NCBI GenBank assembly: GCA_003427395.1
Contig: BFEA01000044.1
Location: 2,092,707-2,153,846, forward strand
Direction: 5' to 3'
Source of the DNA: Chara braunii
Lineage: Eukaryota > Plantae > Charophyceae
DNA: 61,140 nucleotides
Below are positions 12,520 to 24,404 of the stretch, one piece after another. The notes beneath the pieces were generated by a model that saw only the letters and a program-made list of their open reading frames with translations, did not search any database and was not told the DNA's origin. Position 1 is the first letter of the stretch; every line of letters begins with the position of its first letter. A program made the position numbers and the translations under genes.

Positions 12520-12698
12520 CCCAGCTTCAACCCGCCAAGATCACCGCTGCTGATACTTCACCGGCCCATTCAATCGGTAGGAGCGACGACGGTGTGTACA
12601 AAGGGCAGGGACGTAATCAACGCAAGCTGATGACGCGCTTACTAGACTTTCCTCGTTCAAGACCGATAATTACAACAGTCTATCCCGTCACGATGAAC
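12520..12698 (-). rRNA. Nuclear 18S rRNA 3'-region fragment inside LTR A
   Basis: Minus strand includes TACGTCCCTGCCCTTTGTACACACCG.CGTCGCTCCTACCGATTGAATGG, the conserved eukaryotic SSU motif. Confidence 0.95.
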
Positions 12699-13199
12699 CC
12701 CCTTCCCTTCTCTCTCTTCTCCTACTCCTTTCTCCTCCTTCTTCTCTACTTCTTCTTCTTCTTTTTCTTCTTTTCTCCTCTCTCTCTTGCTACCTATTCC
12801 TTGCTTCTAGCTGCGCTTTCTTCCCGCGCGCCTTCGTTGCGCTGTCCCTCCCCCGCCGTGCAACGCTCCTCCTTAGCCTGTAGCCTCGACCTCGGTAAGC
12901 ACTCGTCGTGTTTGCTCAACGACACTCAACCCAAGCGCGCGGGCGAGAATCACGCCCTGTAGCCTCGACCTCGGTAAGAATGAATCCGCCCGTGATTTGG
13001 TTGCGGATTCATTGTCTCGACGAGTCTCGTGAGATACGTGATAATAACAATAATAAAATAAAATAAATGAAGAATCTAACTAAAACTAATAACTAAAATA
13101 AAATAAAACAGAATCTAACTACTTACTACCTTAGCCTGCCAAGTGGCGGGCCCCCGTTATAACGGAGGCTCAAGTTCCAACTAACATACTAACAGCTAC

Positions 13200-13243
13200 T
13201 AACTCCTAATTCGTAGGTCGCNGGTTCGAGTCCCGGCCTACCA
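13200..13243 (+). ncRNA. tRNA-like 3' half (antisense to the LTR)
   Basis: ctcctaa...gtaggtcgcNGGTTCGAGTCCcggcctacca: anticodon-like loop, T-arm/B box, ACCA. No D arm. Copy at ~26880-26922. Confidence 0.55.
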
Positions 13244-13299
13244 AAGGTGGGGTACAAAAAGGTAAGTGTGAGCTTCTTATCAAAAGGAGCAAGCTCGAG

Positions 13300-13372
13300 T
13301 TCAGGCCGGTCGGACTCGATCCCCATGTCCCCTGCCTAACAGTCCAACCCAAAACCTGTTGAGCTAGCTCCT
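13300..13372 (-). ncRNA. Degenerate tRNA-like (A box/B box) cassette in the LTR
   Basis: Minus strand ggagcTAGCTCAACAGG...CTGTTAG...GGATCGAGTCC. Copy at ~26979-27052. Confidence 0.55.
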
Positions 13373-14171
13373 ACTTCGTGTTGAAGAGGAGTAGCTTCTG
13401 TATATGTGTAGGGGTAGGGCTCGGTCCGCCTAGTGATATGGGCTAGTTTCTAAGTTTGCGGGTGTGCATGCTTGTTGGACTGCACGCCTGCCTGAGTGCT
13501 TGTCGGTTTGAGTGTGGGTGTGATCCGCAAGTCTGTGTGTGTGTCCTGCTGGTCTGTGCGCGTGTCCCATAGGGACACCTGATTGTTTGAGCGGCCTGAC
13601 ATGACGATTCTTACCTATGGTCGCGGCTTTGAGGGCTTCAGTGAAAACACTCAGGTAGCGGGTCTGCAGGTACTTAGCCGTGGCTGCGATATTGAGGATC
13701 GCAGCTGAGGAAACACTTAAGTGGTGAAAAAAGAGGCTCGCTGCGGCGGAAAACACTCAAGTAGCAGGCAGGTCGGTACCTCACTAAGTAGAGGTAGATG
13801 TGTCAGGTACTTGACTCGGAGGCCGTGTAGAAGAAGGCAAAATTGACATTTTTAGAGGTCCAGTACCGGTACGTAGACCGGTACCCGTCCATGCCTCAGC
13901 GTGTGTTGTAAATCTACCCGACGTACCATTAACTCAATCAACCCCTCGACCTTTCTGGTCGAAGGGTATTACCGTTGACCCTAACCATTACAGTGCGCAT
14001 CATAACAATACGCGCATATACTTTTCGAAATTTTCTCACCGATTCGCTCCCGGCCTCACTGGCCGAGGGATTCGTTTCAAGCGTCACACTAAAACGTGCA
14101 CACCTTTTCCATTCCAGACTGGCTCCATCATGGTAGTCGATGTCGTCACCGTGTCGAATGCAAAAACATGG

Positions 14172-14197
14172 CCAAATACCCTTGTAAGGGTATTTGG
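14172..14197. repeat. LTR 5'-terminal palindrome
   Basis: CCAAATACCCTT-GT-AAGGGTATTTGG, a perfect 12-bp inverted repeat 7 bp inside the LTR end. Confidence 0.95.
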
Positions 14198-15103
14198 TCC
14201 GACAGTATCCCAGACCTTATTAAGCGACGTCCCCGTCGCTCGGAGAGCTATATGCACATAAAGGTGTTTTCTGACAAGCAAATCGTCAAATCCGAATCCT
14301 GGAATGAAATGTGGTTTCAGGATTGACGCCGTCACCTTACTTTTCATTATTACTGTCGGGATTTTAACCCGGGTCTCCCACATAAAATATAATAATTGGA
14401 AGTGGGGATACTTGATCTGTACTACAGTACATGAAATAGTTAAGTAAGACAACGCACCTTTCCTTCCCCCACACCCTTAGTCTTTGGTCCAGGTATTCGT
14501 TGGTTGTTTTTAGGGTTGGTGTTCGTGTACGAACTCAACCAGTTAAACACGGGTCTTAACCGAGACCTTGGGTGTTCAACTCTTGATATCACAATCCAAA
14601 GTTGTCGGTCGTCCTGCACGAAGCCTAATACAGGAGGACAACGGTCTCCATCATGACCCACCACAGTCCTGCTGATCAGGCCGGATCTGCGGCCCACTGC
14701 GTTGTTGCTTATCGGTGGTTACCCTCGTTGGTTACGCAACGATGCGATATTCATCCCATCTTTAAAAATTACTAATCTCGACCCCTTCGACATCCACCTG
14801 AATAGATCCTTTCATTGGGGTGGTCTCCCCTCTAGTTTCTCTTCGAGGCCATAGTCAAAGGTTCCGCTGCCTGGTTATGCTAGGTCAACAGCCCTGGGAG
14901 TTACGTCCCAACGATGCCAATTTTCCACCATAGGCTTGGTAATTTATGCCCTCAGGTTAACCCTTAAGGTGGATGAACGATGTTTTTCAAATAAACCAAA
15001 TAAATAAGATAATAAATTGAGCATTCGTCAGGCTACCACTAAGGGTTGTGCCCTCCAAGTCTTTGATCATAGCTCGGTGAGGCACGCACCTCGGGGTCAT
15101 TTT

Positions 15104-15153
<50 letters not shown>

Positions 15154-15799
15154 TAAAACCATTACTTATATATACAACCATTATTTTTTTTAAATAAACT
15201 TTTATTGACTCTTTACTCGTCAGAATCCGCAAAAAAAACACCACTTCCATAAAGATTGCCAAAAAATTTCTGCAACAAAATTGATCAGACTCAAAGGAGT
15301 CTATCCATGTCGTAGCATGGTCTCAAACAAGAAATGTACAATCAATCCATTTTTTGAAGTTTTACAAACACTCATAAAACTTTCATATGAAATACATATC
15401 CGCCCGTTCCTCTACCACCATCTTTAGGCCTCAAACGAGTCCAATAGTGATGACAAAGGGAGATACTAACTCACAAAAAGACTCAAACCATGGACAAGGA
15501 TTCACTCGCAATGTGAAAGTGTTTGTGGTCACCAGCTCATCCCCTTTGGATACATATATAAATATAAAGTATGTTATAATGAGTCAGACTTGCGACTCAT
15601 CTCTCTCATCCTTATACTTATCCTCAAATGTCCGCACATCTTCCTATACTATTATTATCTACTCTAAACCCTTATTCTATCAAACTCAAGGAAAAGACAC
15701 TTGTCCCTTTTTCAGACTGCAATCTACTTACCCATGTTCTCTCTTACCCAACACACACCTCAATTTATCTAGAAGTTCATACATTCACTTCTCTTTAAT

Positions 15800-16728
15800 C
15801 TAGGAATGTGATGGTCAATCCCAATATCCTATCGAGTTCCACTCTGCTACCCTTTGATTGTCTGTCCAGTGATGGTCAACAATCTTTCGCGTACATGATA
15901 CTTAATCATTCCCAACTCAATGTACCTTGCTAGTACCTTACAATCATCCATGAAGTGTTCTTATTATCAAATGACGTTGCAATTTATTAATTTTTGTCAT
16001 TAATACAAGATACATGCTTAAATTAACACATTACCACCTTCTTCAACTTCTATCCCCTAGCTAAATCACCGGACTCTACCTATTGACAATAAGTACCATA
16101 TGTGATTTTCACCTACCCTCACCTCCTAAAGTTACTCCCTAGAGATTCTGACATCTTTCTCACCATATCTGCCCATCCTTAACTCCTTCACAATCCTTGA
16201 CTCTCCTAAATGCTCTTTCAATGCTTCATATAAGTTTCTTCTACAGCAAGTAGGAGACCAACCCACAAATCTTTAGTTGACATAACAAGAACATCACAAG
16301 GGAGACGCACAATCTCCGGTCGAATGAATGCAGATTGAGAGACGACAGAAGGGTCAAGAACGTGAGGTGTTGGCTAGGACCCTAGTTGGCAGGATTGAGG
16401 AAGGACGGTCAATTCTCGATCTTGAGAAGAGAAAGAAGGCGGTGGATAAGATCCGAAGCGAGGACGGCTAGGTGGATCAAAACATGGAGGAGACGCGTCG
16501 TAACTTGAATGAATAATAAGCCATTTTTCCCCGGGACGGGGTACGTTCGCGCCACTCGTCCTGAAGCCTGCGCGCCCTTACCCCCACCTCTTCCTCCTTC
16601 TCTAGCCGTTCGTCTCCCTTTTTCCAATCCTCCCACTCTTTGGTAAAATCTATAGGTCTCTCGACGGCCTTCTCTTACCTTCCGCTCCTACCTCTCCCAG
16701 TACTAGTCCCCCGGCCTTTGGGTGCCAT
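15800..16728 (-). pseudogene. gag: Decayed gag-like ORF
   Basis: ATG at 16728 (MAPKGRGTSTGRGRSGR), many stops and frameshifts, and a zinc-knuckle-like remnant HFMDDCKVLARYIELGMIKY at ~15895-15957. Confidence 0.5.
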
Positions 16729-17242
16729 ATNAATGTGAGGACAATAGTTAGACAATAGAGTCTTTATCTGACCCAACACCGTCGGTCTTTGAGAAATTCT
16801 AGATAACCTCAGGTTACTGTCAATGAAAAACTTCTCCTTTCACTCTCGAGGGCGATCCTTGTCATAAGTTCTCACTAACAGTCGCCTCACTTGTACCACC
16901 TATTTGGTCATAGACCCTATTTTATTCTATAAATCCCTAAATGGTTTATATGCAATGACCACTCTTATGTAATCCCTACTCAGAATCCTTGATCAAACTA
17001 TATCCCAGTAAGTAGATTAGAGTTGTCGTTTTGCCTAGATCATCGACTTACCAAACTCGAGTTCGTTCACTGAGGACCTCGGCTAGGAAGCGAGATCCCC
17101 GGCAACGGGTTAACCCGTTGTCGGTGGGCATCTTGCATTAATAATGATAATCATGCTGACAATTAAAGGTTGTCGCCTAGCGAGAACTCCAATTTACCAA
17201 ACCCAGGTCCGTTTACATAGGACCCCGACAGGCAACCGAAGG

Positions 17243-17260
17243 TCCCCGGGAACGACGACA
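17243..17260 (-). promoter_or_regulatory. Primer binding site, tRNA-Asp type (degenerate)
   Basis: tgtcgtcgttcccgggga lies 2 nt after the LTR end and is a 15/18 match to TGGCGCCGTTGCCGGGGA, the complement of the plant tRNA-Asp 3' end. Confidence 0.8.
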
Positions 17261-17262
17261 CC

Positions 17263-17605
17263 TGTCGCGCGCGGCGGTCCCACACCCAGACGTAAAGTAA
17301 TGTTTTTAGTGTCGGACCTCACGGTCGTGTCACGCAGGAGTTTTCTTTTTGTCACTTTATGCAATACCAACTCCGACCGTGTGATCATGCTATACCTCTT
17401 GCGACTCCCTACGACAGGTTAGGGATCCCGCGAGGTACAACATTACCTCCACCTGCGGGAGTTGTCACCATCCCTTAGGTGGGCGTATCCCTGCTGAGCT
17501 ACTGACCCACGTGCGAAGGTTTTTACATGCAATCGCAGAGGTAGGCCAGCCGAGGGCATTTTCTTGATCACCGTAGCATAGGCATACGCGCGGTAGAACG
17601 CCTTA
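17263..17605 (-). ncRNA. Conserved structured LTR 3'-terminal RNA (copy B)
   Basis: Homologous to 44597-44921, 53242-53589 and 58358-58682, with compensatory stem changes. Confidence 0.7.
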
Positions 17606-18884
17606 AGACTAACCCGTATGTCGAGCCCCGAGGTGCTAACTCTCAGGACCGACTATCTAATCAGGTCGACTTCTCGGACAGTCTTCCACGCTTAACTAAC
17701 TATGACAATGACTTTGTGTTTACTTTGCTCATCATCTGAGAATGTCAGGGTCGATCCCTTTGTAGTCTCCTATTCTCTCAAACAAAACCTAGAAAAATGA
17801 TTTTCCGATCCTGACCAACTACGATCCCATTCATAAGTATATATATATATATAAATGTATATATGTAAATCATGAGAGTTGACTGAGCGGTGGACCTCAC
17901 TTTCACGATTGTCGTGTCCCTTTGCCCGAATTTCTCAGACGATCCCAAACTAAGAAGACAACACAAATGTCCAACACCTGTGCAAATGCAAGAAAACCAC
18001 ATACACGCATACAGATGCAGACACAGAATGCGCTACAAGCGTCAACCTTTAATTCATTCATAGCAAGCCACTCACGCCCCAAGCCCTTAAAAAGAACATT
18101 CCTTCCTAACCCCGACTCCTTTTACCCCCGCCCCACACATATTCAAAGACCTCTGAGTGTGATTTGGACAATTTAGACATAGATACAGGGGTAAGATTTA
18201 TCTGTTCCTTCTTAGGCCTTGCCTTAGGTGAGGGTGTTAAGCCATGGTGGAAGTTGAGTCGGAGTTCTACCGACCAGTTATCCAGAGATAACAGAGTTGT
18301 TGCTCTTGCGGATTCCCCGTTAGTTCTCCGAAGTGTCGAAACCTGTAGACACAACACAGTCCAAGAGAATCATAACATCTCTCTTCCTAACTTAGATCTA
18401 GAAAGTTCCTTCTAGACTCTGTGTCCTTTGTCTGACTTCTATCCTTAACTAATTGTTTGGGTTGTTGCCCTTTCGCTTCAGAAAGTGAATAATAATTCAC
18501 TTCCTCTTTTACTATCGTACTAACTTCCCATATTTTTCCTCACTATCTCATTACTATCCTTTTCTTGATTATCCTGTCTGAGTTCCTTTCCTTCTCCCAA
18601 CAGACATGAACGCATCATCAATCCAACTTGTGGAAAGAATCTCATGGAAAGAAATCAGACAAATGAATAGTCTCTCTCTGAGGTAAGATCTCACTTATCC
18701 CCTCTCAGTAGAATAAGAGATAGTTAGTTAGTACTGAACAATGCAGATTGTGGAGAAAGTTAGAGGTGGCATGGCAGACCATAGAGGATATATCCACTTG
18801 TTACTGGAACTTGTTTGGCAAAGGCAAATCTCGTGGGTCTTGACCCTTGTCAGCCAAAGCACACTTAGCGGTAGGCTTATCCTA

Positions 18885-19560
18885 TGGCTAGTCACTGATA
18901 AGGCAGGTGTCCTTGAAACCTCGCTACTTCTTATATTGGATTAGTCACTGATAAGACAGGATTCCCCTGCTACTCTTATGACTGACTAGCCCTCAATAAG
19001 ACGGGTGTCCAAGGATCCTTACTACTCTTACCACTGAATGAATGTTAGGTTTGATCAATGATAAGGCAGGTGTCCTTGAAACCTCACAACTCTTATGTCA
19101 GACTAGTCGNNNNNNNNNNNNNNNNNNNNNNNNNNNNNNNNNNNNNNNNNNNNNNNNNNNNNNNNNNNNNNNNNNNNNNNNNNNNNNNNNNNNNNNNNNN
19201 NNNNNNNNNNNNNNNNNNNNNNNNNNNNNNNNNNNNNNNNNNNNNNNNNNNNNNAACTCTTATATCAGACTAGTCACTGATAAGACAGGATTCCCTGTTA
19301 CTCTTATCAGTGGCTAGCCCTCAATAAGGCAGGTGTCCAAGGGTCCTTGCTTACTCTTACTACTGAAAAGAATGTTAAGTTGGTTAATGATAAGTCAGGT
19401 GTCCTTGAAACCTCATAACTCCTATATCAGACTAGTCACTGATAAGACAGGATTCCCCTGCTACTCTTATCAGTGGCTATCCCAAAATAAGGCGGGTGTC
19501 CAAGGGTCCCTGCACTTATCACTGACCAAGCGTAAGACTCATTTGGAGTTAAGGCAGGCT
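18885..19560. repeat. B-specific tandem array (~50-bp monomers in a ~165-bp higher-order unit)
   Basis: Recurrent tagtcactgataag(g/a)cagg motif; interrupted by an N gap. Confidence 0.85.
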
Positions 19561-19887
19561 TTCCCTGCTATTCCTACCTCCACACAAGTCTTACCTATGG
19601 CTCAAGTCATCGCTTTTGATGACATTCGAGCCCTGAATCGTTGTTAGTTTGAGAACTTATGTTGGATCAGATGTATGACAAGAAATAATTGACATGGATC
19701 ATCATCGTTGCATCCAATCACAACAGGCTGAACCAAATGAAACCCATTATCTTTAGGCGGCGTATAGAGAGAATGATATGAGTAATCGTTCCCCTTTGCA
19801 TCCACATCCTCAAAGAACACCCACATAGCAAGATCGTTGTACCCTCGTTACTAACATAGTCATAGGTAGCAACCTAAAGGTTACAGA

Positions 19888-19912
19888 TTTAGGGTTTAGG
19901 GTTTAGGGTTTA
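19888..19912. repeat. (TTTAGGG)3.5 interstitial telomeric repeat / telo-box cluster
   Basis: tttagggtttagggtttagggttta. Confidence 0.9.
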
Positions 19913-20247
19913 TGTTGAAGTACACATACCTCACTGTTCCCTGCCTCCAGAGTTCCGCCTAAACTCCGGCAGAGCTCCCGCAATCGCCCTGTCATTGGTC
20001 ATATACAACTCATGTAATCGGTTGCTGGACTCTTAGGGTTAGCTAAGGAAAAGGTTAACTCAACGGGGATCAAGCCCTAATCAATAAGTCGAGGGGCATG
20101 TATCTAAAAGGTCCGCACGAAGACAAGTATGGAGGAGGATGGAGGAGGTGGGCACCATGATAGCGTCTCCCTCCTCTCCAATGCCCCCTACTCTCCTTCT
20201 CTGGCTCTGTATGATGCCTAATGATAACAATCAGAATAAAAACATAA

Positions 20248-20279
<32 letters not shown>

Positions 20280-21946
20280 TAATAATAATAATAATAATAA
20301 TAATAGTAATAATATACTCAGGGTCGACGGTTGGTGACGACCAAGTAAGTTCTCTCCCTTTCACGGCGTGTCTCCCTGTGTTTCACTTTGTGTCTGTGTC
20401 CTTAGGATACCTGTGCCTCTCGTATCACCATGTATGTGACCTTGTGTATTTGTGTGACACGACGCACGTTGCATATCATAAGGGTGTAGACCAGAGTAAG
20501 AAGTAACCTCTCTCTCTCATAGTACAGGACAACACAGTGGAAGGCAGAAATACCAGTGATCAGACCAATTAATGTCGAAATGCAGACCAAGCATACATCA
20601 CCACCATCGCGGTTGTGAAGGGCCTTGGCGCTCATACAAGAGGAATGCGCCAGTCCCAAACGTACACAGACGAGGACGAGGGCATCAGACGAAGAAAGAG
20701 ATATGGTGCAACAGCCTCGCTATGTCTGTGTGTATGTCTCACCGCGTGTGTGTGTTACATTGCACTGCGAGTCTCTGTGTATGTCACAGTGGCTGTGTAC
20801 CTGTCTGCCGAATCTGCTTGTCTGTCTGGTCTGTTTGTCCGTCCTTTTATCAAAACACAGCGGGGCAGTAACGCAACACGATCTGTTACAATGTGTTGCA
20901 TGTGGAGACCACAACATGGGACACAACAGGCAAGGCGTGTATCCCAATGAGCTGGGCGGATGATAGGCCCATCCTCACGATGCCATCGGCCGGTGCATCA
21001 CACGTCCCCAACCTTTCTTCCCATGATATATTCCACTGATGGACAAGGACACACCGTATTGCATAGAGTTAACATATCCCTGAGAGATGGAAGTGGTCCC
21101 CACTTTACTCACACTTGCCCTGCAATGCTAGCAGATTGTCGGTTCAAACCCCTGATGAGAACGAGGTCAAGTTCAAGAACCCAGTCTGTCAATGCCATAA
21201 AATCCACCCCACATACTCATTCAGTGTGTGTGTCTGTGTGTCACCCGTGTAATTGTCACGGTGTCTGCGTTACAGCGTACCTGTAACGGCGTGAGTGTGT
21301 CACCTTGTCACTCCACCTGCGTGGCTGTATATCTGTGTGGTTTCACAATATCTGTCTCCGTAACTGTGTATGTATGTTGTGTGCGCGTGTCATTGTGACT
21401 GTGTATGCCACGATATACTTAGTGTCTGTGCCCCCATGCAGCTGTGTGACTGCATATCCGAGCGTCGCTGTGAATGCTTGGTTTACTGTGTACTATGAGT
21501 GTTCCTCAATGTGTGTGTTTTTGTGCCTATGTCACTGCGTGTCACAGTCTGCGTGTGACTGTGTAAAGCCTGTGCACTGTGACAGTGCACTGTGTCATAG
21601 TATCTGTGTGACTGTATTTTGCTGGGTCCGTATGATTGTCACTGTTTGCGTGTTCGTCACAAGGTATGTGTGCGTCCCACCTTGCAGAGTCAGTAGTCCC
21701 AGTCCACTCTGTCCGGTCCAGACCAGCAAGTACTGCCTGGGATTGTGTGTACTCGGGCCTAGGGACACAGGGCACACCGACGAGTCACATATGTATAAAT
21801 CAAGAGGCCGCACACAGCCATTGGAAATGTGTCTGTATCTGGATGCCATATCTCTTAGTTTGAGTGGGCACATGCTGCCAGTTTGCCGCGTTACTGTTTA
21901 CATGCATGAAAGTGTGAATGAAAGCGATTCTAATTGCTCAATAGTG

Positions 21947-21982
<36 letters not shown>

Positions 21983-23443
21983 GTAATAGTAATAATAACG
22001 TAACGAAAACAAGCAACAGCGGAACGACAATTCCAGGTTACACCATGTCATCGAAAGCCAGATAGTCAGACTGTGTCTAGGGAGCACCATTGCACCAATA
22101 ATACACCATTGGGGTTCGTAGTTCTGAAGCAACTGCTCAGGAGAGCATACTCACTCAACACCAACGCAAGATCCAGTCCTACATGGCGCTTAGCCCCAGC
22201 CTATTCCTACGCAGCAATTGCAGTCAACGAATTGTCAATGCAACTGTTGCCATTAGCGGACAACCGTAGTATTTGAAGATGTTGCCCGTATGGATCATTA
22301 TCAATACAAGGTAAGTACTCTTCACATCATCATCATCATCATCATCACGTGACCCAATATCTGCATCCTACCTGGGTCAGCGCCCAGACAATAGGTGACA
22401 GATCCTATCCAACTTACGATCTGAGATGCCACGGACGACGTCGGCAGCTCCCTGAGCAGATCTCAAACAATGCCGCCATCTCAAGCACCAGGTATATTTC
22501 TTGCAATCGGTCAGAACCTCGATCCACAATACACAGGTGTCACATGCACCCACGAGAACGACTTGTGCCCTTACATCTCTCTCCCTCTTACTTTTGTGTT
22601 TTGTTTGCCTGAGTAGTTGTGAGCTGCCGATTATTTATTGTCTGTCACTGTACGCTTGTTCTTCTGATCTATCTCCGCTTATCTTTATCTGTATCTGTCT
22701 GTTTATCTATGCTTATCTGATTGTTTTGGTTTTATCGTGTCTATTTGTCCGTGTGTATGTCACTATGCATCTGTATTATTGTGTATGTTTCACAGTGCAG
22801 CCTGTCACAGTCTGTTTGTCTGATTATCTGGTCGTTCGTCTTCTGTTCGACTGCGTCTATCGGCCCCTCTCTCTCTCTTTTCTGTGAGGAGGATGAGTAG
22901 CAACGAAATGACAACCTTCAAAAATGCACTATCTCGATGGAAGACAGACGGTTTCTTAGCGTCCAAAGGCAACATCTTATCAATATAATATTTAATGGGG
23001 AATCGTAATACCGAAACCATTGTCTATGAGAGCTCTGCTCTCGCCACCACCAACATATGTATCTGGATCCTACTCTCCCTACTCAGCTACTGCCTGTCTC
23101 TTGATTGACAATGCAACTGCTGACGTCAGCAGATCATAAAGTACCTGAAGACGTTACCCATGTAGACCATGTGTCAATACTAGGTAACTGCCTTATACCA
23201 TTATCATAATAATCATGGAACCAACTTCGGTATCCTACCTGCTGCTCAATACCCCGACTACCAACATTACATCCTATTTGGCATAATCTACCATGCTGAA
23301 TATGATGACATCGGTTCTCTGAAGTGTGGACTTATAGCGGCTAATGCCGCACGCCTGCTGCACCAGGTAAGTCATTCTCATCATTCATACCCTCGACCCC
23401 CAACTCACAAATGCCGCTACTACCCATAACCGTCGTGCACTTA

Positions 23444-23485
<42 letters not shown>

Positions 23486-24239
23486 TGTAAGGAATCTTAG
23501 TGTGAACGATATACAGGAAACCAAGTTTCGAAATCACACAGATGTCCAAGTTGTCGTGTTCAAGCAGAGAGTACAAATGCACCGAGGAACCATCCATACA
23601 GAGCAATACGATGAAGTAATGAGCCAATGTTCAAGCCCGTAGGCCATATCAACACAATATTCATCGTTGTTTTTTCTCTGTCCGGAGCCCAGCCCACTCT
23701 ACCCGACTATTCTACCTACAACTGTGTTCCCTCATCAGGCTCACTTCAACTCTCGAAGACCAATGTACATGACTGTCAACACCATAGCCGACCTCTCGTC
23801 ATGCACCAGGTGCGTATCTCGCCGCCCTCATCAGTCCTTGATAACCCCACACTTCGCCTCCTTCCCTGAAGACCACCAAATCGCCCTTTTTTCTCGTACT
23901 CATGCACACACACACATACATACTCACACACATCTTCCTTATTTGTAGATTACCATAATAATAATAATAATAGTAATAACAATAATAATAATAATAACGA
24001 TAATAACAATAAAAGAAGAATAATAATAACTTAGGTAATGAATGTATATAAGTTATCTCTCCGATCTGGTTCGGTCGAAACGAGGGAGCTCTGGCTTCGA
24101 GGTCGACAGTCGGTGCTTCGACCAGGTAAGTCTCTCTCTCACCTTTTCTTCCTCTCTCTCAATCAATCCCTCCTTCACTAAGTTTCCCCGCGATGGAACG
24201 ACGTTGCCCTTGCTGCCCGTGCGCTCTTCACTCCACGTG

Positions 24240-24326
24240 TCCCCGATACGATGAACCTTACGAAGATTACCCGGGCCTTCCGACCCGGGCAATTGATCCG
24301 TTGGATTCATCAGTGCAGCGCGCGCA
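24240..24326 (-). rRNA. Diverged 18S rRNA fragment inside LTR B
   Basis: Minus strand cgcgcgctgcactgatgaatccaacg...ggcccgggtaatctt; paralogue of 10573-10663. Confidence 0.8.
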
Positions 24327-24332
24327 CAACTG

Positions 24333-24404
<72 letters not shown>

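Larger units (their letters stand above)
6208..14204 (-). mobile_element. 3' LTR (A) of a giant-LTR retroelement, 3'-truncated
   Basis: Starts TGTCGGACCAAATACCCTTACAAGGGTATTTGG on the minus strand at 14204. Colinear direct repeat of 19938-27883, roughly 90-95% identical by eye. Confidence 0.88.
14205..17262 (-). mobile_element. Internal region (~3 kb) of the non-autonomous element B-A
   Basis: Lies between two colinear LTRs and begins with a PBS. Contains a gag remnant; no RT, RNase H or integrase motifs seen. PPT is weak (aggtctgggatac). Confidence 0.8.

Noticed and set aside
12520-12698. Functional rRNA gene
   Set aside because: Under 200 bp, diverged, embedded in an LTR, with no ITS, 5.8S or 28S.
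11229-12962. Long ORFs in the track (184-300 aa) and similar poly-L/S/I/ER or X-filled ORFs elsewhere
   Set aside because: They are produced by stop-free microsatellites and N gaps.
13200-13372. Functional tRNA genes
   Set aside because: Acceptor and anticodon stems do not pair properly; kept only as tRNA-like elements.
19888-19912. Chromosome end
   Set aside because: Only 3.5 repeat units, internal to an LTR.
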